Assembly (NCBI RefSeq): GCF_009914755.1
Contig: NC_060927.1
Length of the DNA stretch: 64,000 nucleotides
Direction: 5' to 3' (one strand)
DNA from: the human T2T-CHM13v2.0 reference genome, Homo sapiens
The notes under the pieces were generated by a model, which ran no database searches, was not told the origin of the DNA, and was given only the letters and a program-made list of their open reading frames with translations. Shown piece after piece: positions 12,011 to 21,915 of the stretch (the first letter of the stretch is position 1; every line of letters begins with the position of its first letter). The position numbers and the translations under genes are program-made.

Positions 12011-13312
12011 AAATCTGTCGGCACACAGAGGCTGGGGCTGACCTGTAAAGTAGTGGTAACCAAACAGTGAGTCAGGTTCCGATGGTCAGCTGTGTCTGGA
12101 GTTATCAGAGAAGCCCTTCTAGGAGGTCCATGGGAGCAGGGGTTAGGGACGAATGGGAATTTGCCAGTGGAAGAAATCCCAGGGAGCAGCCTCAGGGGCA
12201 AAGCACAGAGACATTCAGAAGCACAGCATTTACAAGGATTCATTCAAGAGTCCCTTGGCTACGTTTTCAGGGTTGGGGAGAATGTGGGGCCGAAAAGGCT
12301 GTGGAGTTGGGCTGCATGGTGGAGGCTTCCTGGTGGCTGAGCTAAGGAGTGGGGGCTCAGCCCTGTGAGTGAGGCTTTTCAGCAGATTGCCTTGTGGGGC
12401 GGTGGAGGGGGTACCAGGAGACCGCCACCCATCACAGGGAGTCCCCATAGAATTCCAGCTGACCAGAGGATCTTCCTGCTCGTGGCAGGACCATGACAAG
12501 CTTTGAAAGCCATGAGGTAGACGATGGGAGCCCACAAAGGAGGTGGTGACAAACAATTGCTTTATCAGAGAAACATTTTAGAAAGCCGCACAGGCTGCTG
12601 CAGGCGCCTGGGAGGGAAGAGTTGTGACCTGGGCCCCACCTCACTGGGCAGACGACGCTTAGTGTAAGGTGATATTCTCCAGTGACTCTGAGTAATGTTC
12701 CCAAAAATCTCATTCTCCTATTGCCTTTTCAGACCATTTCAGAGATGTTTTCTGTTTCTTTGTGATTGATCTTGGCTGTGGCTTTTGACACTGTGCGTCT
12801 CACTTTCTCTGCCCCCTGACCTCTGGTTAGGTAGTTAATGATCTTTAAACAAACACTTGAGTATTATGGCTCTCCAGGAAAGGTCCTGGGCTCATGGGCC
12901 ATTAGCAACACACTCTCCCTTTATCCAGGGAGAAAATGAGTGTTCGTACACCCTGACTCGGTAGACAGGGATGCTTGCAACCTAAGTGTCAAAATTCTCT
13001 TTAGTTTAACTATTTTTGATGGCAGGTCTTCTGAAATATGTTACATATTTCTCTGCTTCAAATCCATGAACAGTTTCCTCTCATCTCAGAGACAGTGGAT
13101 CATAGGTAGGAATGTTTGTTCATTTCAGGAACTTTTATTGGAGACTTTTCTATGTCTGTTCCTGATTTACAAACTGTGAATGCAGAAATCTGCCCAGTAT
13201 AGTAGTCAGTGATATTTTAGAAACAGAGATAAGATCAGGTTACTCCTTTGCCTAAACTCCTCCAGTGACTTCCGGGCCTTGCACTCTACTGTGGGGCCCG
13301 AGCCTTGACCTC

Positions 13313-13672
13313 TGTGTTAGTCCGTTTTCACGCTGCTGATAAAGACATACCCAAGACTGGGTAATTTATTTTTTTAAAAAAAGAGGTTTAATGGACTCAC
13401 AGTTCTGCGTGGCTGAGGAGGCTTCACAATCATGGTGGAAGGCGAAAGGCACGTCTTACATGGCACCAGGCAAGAGAGAGAATGAGAGCCAAGTTAAAGG
13501 GGTTTCCCCTTATAAAACAATCAGATCTAGTGAGACTCATTCACTACCAGTATGGGGGAAAGCACCCCTACAATTCAATTATCTCCCACCAGGTCCCTCC
13601 CACAACACATGGGAATTAAGGAAGCTACAATTCAAGATGAGATTTGGATGGGGACACAGCCAAACCATATCA
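13313..13672 (-). mobile_element. THE1 (THE1B/C-like) MaLR solo LTR inserted in an L2
   Basis: tgtgttagtccgttttcacgctgctgataaagacatacccaagactggg...ggggacacagccaaaccatatca; TG...CA ends; 5-bp TSD acctc/gcctc. Confidence 0.95.
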
Positions 13673-13679
13673 GCCTCCC

Positions 13680-14196
13680 TCCCTGCTGTCTCCCTCCCCA
13701 CCCTTGCTGTAGCCCTCCTGCCTCGGTGTATTCCCAGACTCACCAAGCTACTGCCCTCTTAGGGCTTGCACTTATCAGTTGCCCCATTTAGAGCTGTCTT
13801 TCTGTGGGTCTTCACACAGCTGTCTGCTTCTTATGCTAAGGTCTTAGCTCAAATTCACTTCTTCGAGACCTTTACCCCACCCAGGCCTTCTCTATCACAT
13901 CACCTGGCCTTGTTTTCTTTATAGCATATGTTGTCTAATATAGTCATATAATATTAATGTAGATTAATATTATATAATTATATTAATATATATTTGCATG
14001 CATGTAATTTATATATTAATTTTATATTGATATGAATTGAATTAATATATATAATTTTTCCTATATAGGTAATTTTGTTGTTGCTGTTGTTTCAAGATAT
14101 TAAGCTCTTTGGAAACAGAGGTCACTGTATTTCTTCCCCTAGAACAGTGCCTGGCACACAATAGGCACTCTGGGAATATGTGTTGAATGAATGAAG
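13680..14196 (+). mobile_element. L2 3' end, interrupted by an AT-rich tract at ~13925-14070
   Basis: Terminus cctagaacagtgcctggcacacaataggcactc...tgttgaatgaatgaa. Confidence 0.75.
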
Positions 14197-14611
14197 AGAG
14201 ATCCTGCCCTAGGCTACCCACAAGCCAGCAGGCAGCAGATACACAATAGACAGTGACCATGCAGCAGGCTGTGGGATTCAGAGGGGCTGGGTTACCACTA
14301 AGGAGTCAGGGTCAAGTTCTGCCACTGGGAGTTGGGACAGGCTTTCCAGAGCAGTGGTGTTTGTCCCAGGCTTTAGAGGGCAAATGGGCACAGCTTGGCC
14401 AGCTGAGCAGCTGGGGAGGCCATTCTTGGGGGAGGAGGCAGGCAAACCTGGACAGAGGGCTGGAAAATGCTAGCATGATTGATGGAAGGGAGGAACTTGG
14501 AGGGACTGGAGCCTGGATTGGAGCAGGGGTGAAGGGAACTAAGGTAGTCAGGGATTTGGCTGCTATGACCCCTGCCTTTCCCCCAGAAGAACAGTGAGAC
14601 TTGGAGAGTGG

Positions 14612-14727
14612 GGCCCTGGCCCTGCTTTGCTGGCGGCCCTCGGCCTTGTGCTTTCAGTGTGGTACCTGCTCTGGTCCAGAAGAGTGTGCCTGGGCCCCAG
14701 ACCCCCCTTGGCTGGTCCTCACGGTGC
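14612..14727 (+). repeat. Local diverged direct repeat, copy A1 (upstream of exon 5)
   Basis: Aligns by eye with 16219-16334. Confidence 0.85.
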
Positions 14728-14833
14728 CTGCAGGTGGTGGTAAGCACAGGATTCTCTAGCTGCAGCTCCCCTCTCCTCCCCACAGCCCCGAGGCTTGTTG
14801 GTTTCATGTGCTCTCTTGCTTACTCCCCATCAG

Positions 14834-15490
14834 GTGGTGAAGAAGGTGAAGTCCATGCAGATGTTCCACATGCCCATCACTTCAGCCATGCAAGGAGACC
14901 GGCTGGGCATCTGCGTCACCCAGTTTGACCCTAAGCTGCTGGAGCGCGGGTTGGTGTGTGCCCCCGAGTCCCTGCACACTGTCCATGCGGCCCTCATCTC
15001 TGTGGAAAAGATACCGTATTTCCGGGGGCCCCTGCAAACCAAGGCCAAGTTCCACATTACAGTGGGCCATGAAACAGTCATGGGCCGGTTGATGTTCTTC
15101 AGTCCTGCTCCAGATAACTTTGACCAGGAGCCTATACTGGACTCTTTCAACTTCTCTCAAGAATACCTTTTCCAGGAGCAGTACCTGTCCAAGGATTTGA
15201 CACCAGCAGTGACAGACAATGATGAGGCCGACAAGAAGGCCGGCCAGGCCACAGAGGGCCATTGTCCTCGGCAGCAGTGGGCCCTGGTGGAGTTTGAGAA
15301 GCCCGTCACCTGCCCTCGGCTGTGCCTGGTGATTGGCTCCAGGCTAGATGCGGACATTCACACCAACACGTGCCGGCTAGCCTTCCATGGCATCCTGCTC
15401 CACGGGCTAGAGGACAGGAACTACGCCGACAGCTTCCTGCCCAGGCTGAAGGTGTACAAGCTGAAGCACAAGCATGGCCTTGTGGAGCGG
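14834..15490 (+). CDS. EEFSEC: EEFSEC internal coding exon (exon 5 by recall), 657 nt, phase 0/0
   Basis: Translation VVKKVKSMQMFHMPITSAMQGDRLGICVTQFDPKLLERG...KLKHKHGLVER matches the recalled human eEFSec sequence. Acceptor ctcttgcttactccccatCAG ends at 14833; donor CGG|GTGAGC at 15490/15491. Confidence 0.97.
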
Positions 15491-15981
15491 GTGAGCATGC
15501 CCTTGCCTGGCCCCACACCCCTTCCCTTCTTGCTCGGGCAGCTGGGATCCATGGCCTGACATCTGTGATGAGAGCCAGAAAGGCCCTCAGAGACCTTCTG
15601 GTGCCAACCTCTGTAGTTTCTGTACAAGGCATCTGATGCCCAGAATGGTCAGGTGGCCACAGTTCTCTCAGCTGGTCAGTCACAGAGCCAGGGCCAGCAC
15701 CTGGGCAGGGGGACCCCCACTGTACCCAATCCCACCCAGCTATCCCACCCCCACTTATTTACATGGTAGATGTGGCACCCATGGGTCTGAGCAGGTCTGG
15801 GCTCCCCCACAGCCAGTGTCAGATGGCAGCGGTTAGCACTGGCTTCCCTGGCCTGCTGCCCTGATCAGGCCCCACTCTCTTGACCTTGGTGGGCACTGTA
15901 CCTCCATCCAGCTGGGATCTGCCCATGTGCCCCTGCAAGCTGCTTATGTCCAGAGGGAAACACTGCCCATCAGTGGTGCCA

Positions 15982-16071
15982 GGCCAGGTCTTTCCTCACC
16001 TGTGGACTGAGGGGAAGGGGCTAATGGTGGCCAGGTCTTTCCTCACCTGTGGACTGAGGGGAAGGGGCTAA
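15982..16071. repeat. Perfect 43-bp duplication, period 47
   Basis: ggccaggtctttcctcacctgtggactgaggggaaggggctaa at 15982-16024 and 16029-16071. Confidence 0.95.
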
Positions 16072-16218
16072 GGGTGCCAGAGAGCAAGAGGAAGGAAGGT
16101 ACAGGAAGCTGACACAGTGGGAGGTCCAGCCCCTGGCTACCTAGGGTGCCTGAAGTTCACCATCGCTAGATGCAGGCCTTAGGCATGTAGGTGAGCCAGT
16201 CTAGTTGAAGTAGGATGA

Positions 16219-16334
16219 GGCCCTGGCTGTGCCTTGCTGGGCGGCCCTTGGCCTTGTGCTTTCAGGGTGGTGCCTGCTCTGTCCCAGGAGACTCTGACTG
16301 GGCCCTGGGCCTCCCTCGGCTGGTCCTGTGGTGC
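16219..16334 (+). repeat. Local diverged direct repeat, copy A2 (downstream of exon 5)
   Basis: Shares ggccctggc, ggccttgtgctttcag, cctgctctg and ggctggtcct blocks with copy A1, in the same order and spacing. Confidence 0.85.
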
Positions 16335-19300
16335 ATCAGCACCTGGGCCCAGTGCTGGGTGGGATGGGCCTGCCACTAGGGTGGACAGAACACGGTGGTC
16401 TCCCCCAAAGTAGTGGAATCACCTCCTCCCATGGGGCATCCATCCCCAGCAGCTGTCCACACAGTGCTGAGTGGGAATCCATGCCCATCGGGCCTTGAAG
16501 GCAGGATGGATGGACAGCCAAACCTTGCCGTCTCTTCTAGAAGGCTAGCTCCCTGGCTGTGGGTCCAAGCGGATCAGCAGCAGCTGTACTGGGACATGAC
16601 TGGGCTTTGACTGGCTTAAAGAGCACGGAGTGCTGGCAACCCCACTGTCGGGGGCTCAGGCTCCTAGCAGGAGGGGTCTGCCCTGAGGCTTTCAACAAGG
16701 GCCTCAGTTCCTCACAGGAGCCTGATGAGGTCCCCTGGGTTTAGTGCAGGTGCCAGCACAACATCTGGCCCATCCACGGTGTCACATGTGGTGGGCTTCC
16801 ATCGCCCACCCTCCGCTCCAGGTCTCCGTCCACAGGTTTTCTCCTCTGGGAGAAAATCCACTGGTTTTCTCGTCTGGAATTCTCTGTCACTGCAGCCCCT
16901 TCCCCTCCCTTTCTCCTTGTCTTAGGTTCTTCCTGGGTGCTCCACCCTGGCCCTCTTCTTTTCCTGCCCCTGTACCTAGACCTGCCCTCAAGTGGGGGAC
17001 TGAGGAGCAACCCCTTCCTCTCCCTTCCTCAGACCCAGAGCTTGGACCCTTAGCTCCGGGGGGGCCGCTGGGGCCTGCTCAGGGCTCCATCAGCCTTAGG
17101 CCAGCCCCAAGATGCTGATTGAAGATGAAGGTGATAAAGTGTGTGTCACTCGTTTGTCTAGCCTGATTTATTAGCAGTGTTTGGAGTATAATTATTCTAT
17201 AGTAAAATATCTATGAGAGAGTAATATCCCAATTGGTGTGGCTCCTGGGTCTAATTGCTCCCACTCAGGCCTGTCAACAGCGGTGCAGCAGTCACTTCCT
17301 TTGAGAACTGGGAGGGAGGGTCTGTGAGGAGCAAGTAAACATATGGCCTCAATGACTCATGCCTCCGAAGGGCTGAGGGAGGGGCCAGGAGACATGCCTG
17401 GCCTATGTCCTTCCACCAACCTGGGGCCACCAGCATTTTCCTGCTCAGTCCAGGGAGGCTGGAAGTGGAAGCACAAGAACTGTAGGCAGTCCACAGAAGC
17501 TGAGTCCAAATCCCATATAGACAACCCTGAGCAGAGACAGGCTTCCTCCAACCAGGGACAGCCTCACAGGGTGACTGTGGATGTGTGCAGAGGTGAGATC
17601 CTATGAGCCCAGGGCTTTGGTCGAGGAAGAAGGCCTTCCTGAGGCTCCACAAGGGAGGAAAGGGCATGGGTGCCCAGGCTAGGAGCAGCTCCCCCAACTC
17701 GCAACCCCCTGAGGCTCTAGCTGAATGGGCACCTGCCTTAATGCTAGGGGCTGGCTGTAGGCTGGGGCTTCTGTGCCACATGCTCTCCTCTGGGCCCCAG
17801 GGCAGGAATGAGCCTGCCTCCTGCCTCCCTCCACTCTGTCACCACTCTACTGATTAAGCATATACTATGCGCCTTTACTAGCTACATACTTTATTTTGAA
17901 ACCGTTTAATAACCCTGAGGAAGAGGTCATTATTTTTCCTATGTACATTTTTCCCCAATTAAATCAATCAAATTATGTGCAAATATTTAGGAAAAGTAAT
18001 ATATGCACATGGTAAAAAATTTCAAACAAGACAATAATTATTCAGTGTAAGGAAGTTTTCTTCCTACGAACCCAGGTCCCCTCCCCAAAGGCAGCCAGAC
18101 TGGAAACCAGCCCAAGAAATGTGAAGTGACCTGCCCAAGGTCACAGGGTAGTAAAGCTGGAGTTTGAACTCAGGACTAGCTGGTCTCTTTTGAGTCATGA
18201 AATTTCCACTTTGTCAGACAGATTCTTGCCCAGTGTGTCAAAAGAGTCTGCGTTCTCTTGAAAAGCTCGAATCTCCTTGGTGGGAGACTTTCCTTCCTGG
18301 TAAGGTGGAACTTGGAGATCATACAGAGTAGGCTCAAGCCCTTGCTGTACCCAAAACAGCTGTACGCCTTGGGCAGCCATTTAATCTCAATTGTTCATTC
18401 CTTCGAAGGATGGTCTTGACCTCATCAGGTTGTTTTGAAAGAGCCACCATAGCTTGTGGCTTCATATGTAAGAGCCGACTCTCATCAGGTGAAGCAAGAA
18501 GGTAGTGTTCCTGTTGCAGCTCCTGAGTGATTGGCTGAGTTTGTTCCAAAGGGGCAGCCCTGTTTGCTTTGAGTAGGCCCCAGATCACCCAGAGATTTTC
18601 AGGTCATCTTGCTTGACCAGGGGCTCAGCCATCCGACAGACTGGTCCAATGTGCAAGCCTGGGCTTTATTTACTCCCAGCCTTACCACCTGCTAGTGTGA
18701 AAAGTTGAGCAGACCATGAGACTTCCATGTTAAGTGGGAATTTTCACAGTGCTGCACCAGGGTTAGATGAAGGTGAGATGGGGGATTGCACATAAGGTTC
18801 TGAGATCAGTGCTTGTCTCCTACTGCATCGTTATTGTTTTATCATTATTAATGTTTAAGCTCTTAGAGTCAAAATCATAATGCCTGGAGCGTGGGTCCAC
18901 TCTTTTCCCTGGGACTCCATTATTTCTCTTTGAAGCACAGGAGCCAATCCCCCTGGTCCCTATCAGGAGCCACACAGTTTTGGTTGAAGAGGGAGGGGCT
19001 GAGAGTCTGGTAGGCTCATGGGTGTGGTTATCCAGCGCAGGGGCCAGAGAAGTGCCCTATGCTCTTCTTTCCCCACCGTGCTTGGCTGACTCTAAAAATT
19101 CCTGGGCACATCACAGTTACTAGTCAGCTTTCTGGACATGTCTATTCAAAGAAGTTTCTGGAAGATCAGAGAATCTTGAAAAGGTGAAATCCAGTCTCTT
19201 GGGCAGAATCTCCACCACCTTGGTGAGCCAGCACCCAGCCTTTGCTCTGTGATTCGGGGCAAGGCCAGCACATCTACTTTGCAAGCACAGTTAGCCTTCT

Positions 19301-19444
19301 GAGAACCTGGGCTTGGGTCTCTGAGCTATCTCAGTTCATCACAAAGGGAGACCCTGGCACTATACCTATGTGTTAAGTGAGCACTTTCCGCCAGGGGGGC
19401 TTAAGGCATATAGGCCTTCTGATCCCATTTCCTATAAAGGCATC

Positions 19445-19620
19445 CTTCATTCATATATTCGGATGTTTACTGTGCTCCTACGTTTGTGCCAGGCACTGTG
19501 CATACAACAAGATAGACAAAGTTCTTGTCTTCCTAGGGGAGGCTAGTAGTGAACAGTAAATTAGACATTTTCAGGTTATAATAAGGTCTAGAAAGAAAAT
19601 AACAGCGTGATGTAAATATG
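19445..19620 (-). mobile_element. L2 3' end (antisense)
   Basis: ttcattcatatattc...tttactgtgctcctacgtttgtgccaggcactgtgc...agacaaagttcttgtcttc. Confidence 0.7.
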
Positions 19621-19769
19621 TGATGCTGAGGACAGTTATTGAAACACAGAAGATGCTAATTTCCAAGCCTCTGCAGACTGTGTTTTTATTTCCTGTGCGT
19701 CTGCATCACTGGCTCACACTGGAAGCTGGTCAGGTACCCTACCAGTTGTGGCTTAACTCATTAGTATTA

Positions 19770-20596
19770 CATAGAGCAAACTATGGCCCATGGGCCAAAC
19801 CTAAACAACTGCTCTTGCTCCAAATCTAATAATCTTAAACAAGCTTATTTTCTCTGGATTCTTCTTTCAGCTGCTTCGATCAAACACAATTTAATTAACT
19901 TACCATTGGTAAATGGCTTTCCTTGCTTGGCTAACAAATGAGCCACCCGGAAACCTACTTTGGTTGCAGCCTTATTCTTATTTTTTATTGTTTTGCGTGT
20001 CTGCTATGATGAAATATACTGTTTTAAGTTTTCTCTTTTTTGACATTGTTTTTCTGTGAGATGGGAATATCGTGATGTCAGTGTATCTCATATTCTGTTA
20101 ACACAACTAATAACAAACACAGTACTTTGCCATGTAATGTGATAAAATAATAATCCATACCCACTGCGCCTTAAAAGTGTGACATTTGAAGTCCACTTTT
20201 CTTGTTTTCATGTGATGGGTATGCACCAGTAATAAAATAAATAAATAAATAAAATGTGTCACTGGGTGAGGTACTGCAAGTTGTAACTATGTTACCACCA
20301 TCTGTAGTTTACTGAGCACCTCATCAGGTCTCAGACTCAGCTACTCAACTCTGCCACTGTGACACAAAGGCAGCCATAGACAATATGTAAACAAATGGGC
20401 ATGACTGTGTTCCCATAAAACCTTTTGTTGTGAACATTGAAATTTAAATTTTATATAGTTTTCACATGTAACAAAATAATATTCTTTTGATATTCTCCAA
20501 CTCATTAGAAAATATAAAAACCCTTCTTAGGTCACAGGCCATACAGAAACGTATCAGGAAGAATTTGACCCTTTGGCTATAGTTTTCCAACCCCTA
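19770..20596 (-). mobile_element. hAT-Charlie DNA transposon fossil (Cheshire/MER58 family), internally deleted, with a degenerate transposase N-terminus
   Basis: MER58-like ends (gcaaactatggcccatgggccaaa at left, ggctatagttttccaacccct at right) and a MER58B-like block at 20335-20596. Minus-strand translation: MKTRKVDFKCHTFKAQW / DYYFITLHGKVLCLL / AATKVGFRVAHLLAKQGKPFTNGKLIKLCLIEAAE / PEKISLFKII. Confidence 0.85.
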
Positions 20597-20729
20597 ATAT
20601 AAATGGTTAATAGGGCTCTTGAAATAGAATGAGCACCCTGCGAGGAAAATGCTAATAATTATCTGCAGCTGAAAGCATTAAACCCTCTCAGCAGTCCTTA
20701 GGAATTGGGCTTTTTCTTGGGTGCCCACT

Positions 20730-20875
20730 GTCTCTGTGCTAACACTGGGATGCATATACTACTTTATGTGCTGTGTTTTTTATTCTTGGATACATTTGAT
20801 TTTTTCACATAAGTCCACGTGTACTTCTATAAGAGTGTGACTTGTAATAAAGGGTTAATGAAGAAAAAAAAAAAA
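20730..20875 (+). pseudogene. Probable retroposed mRNA 3'UTR end (parent gene not identified)
   Basis: U-rich UTR-like text, AATAAA at 20846-20851, A12 run at 20864-20875. No TSD found; 5' boundary uncertain. Confidence 0.55.
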
Positions 20876-20899
20876 GAAGAAGAGGGAGCTTGGATTGGT

Positions 20900-21600
20900 A
20901 GAGACATCCAGAGGTCTCACCTGAGTGGGAGAAGAAAAGAAGTGAAAGTGTTCTAAATGGCTAATCTTTCTGGGGAGAGGGTTTAGGAAAGACTACTAGA
21001 GCATATGGTGATAAGGGAAATAGTTGGTATCCTGTTTCAAAGTAAAAATATAGAAATATGTGCAAGATTTTGAGTACAGAGAAAGGGAAAGAAACTATAT
21101 GAATGCAGTGAAAATGTAATAGCACTTTCACATTCTCAGAGGAGAAACTGGAATGAATTTGATTAAACCAACAAAAATAAGGAAAAAAGAACAATGTTAA
21201 TAAATAATAATAATAACAGAAGGAACAACATTAAGTATCAGTCATTACACTAAATGTGAATGGCCAAATTCTATTTAAATGCTAACGCTGAGAGATTGGG
21301 TTAAATACTGACAAAGGTAAAGAAGGACATCATGTAACGATAAAAGGCTCGGTTATAAACTTGTACACACCAAACATAAAAATAAAACAGTAGAAACCTA
21401 GGGACAGCTTGATAAAAGATGGAATTATAATGATAGGGTGGCACTTCAGAGTCCATATTTTAAAATCAGGCCTACTAGACATAAGGACAACGAGGCAGAA
21501 TATATTCAATAAGCTTGATTTTTAGATAAATGTAAACTCTTACACTCCTTGAATAGAGTATACATTTTTTTTCCTATGGCTTGGAACATTTACAAAACTA
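20900..21600 (+). mobile_element. Ancient L1M inter-ORF/ORF2-start remnant
   Basis: A-rich; atcagtcattacactaaatgtgaatggcc resembles the endonuclease ITLNVNG motif; also gacaaaggtaaagaaggacatcatgtaacgataaaagg. Confidence 0.7.
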
Positions 21601-21844
21601 AATATTCAGCAGTTGACATTAAACAAATATTTGTAGAACATCTACTGTGTGTTGTCTTAAGGGCTAGGGAGGTAACAGTGAATGAAAAAGACAAAATCTC
21701 TGCCCACATGGAACTTAGATTGTAGTTGTATTTGTGGCCACAGAGAAAAAACCCTAATAGATTTTAGAAAGTAAAATCATGAACCACTAAAATGAGAAAC
21801 AAAGCAGTTATATATAGATATAGGCAGATATGGAGAGATACAAA

Positions 21845-21915
21845 GTGTGCATGCGTGTGTGTGTGTGTGTGCGTGTGTGTGTGCGTGTGTGTGTGTGTGC
21901 GTGTGTGTGTGTGTG
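21845..21915. repeat. (TG)n microsatellite with CG interruptions
   Basis: About 70 bp of alternating purine-pyrimidine. Confidence 0.97.

Noticed and set aside
14795-15559. 254-aa ORF as a stand-alone gene
   Set aside because: It is EEFSEC exon 5 plus intronic read-through on both sides; splice sites delimit 14834-15490.
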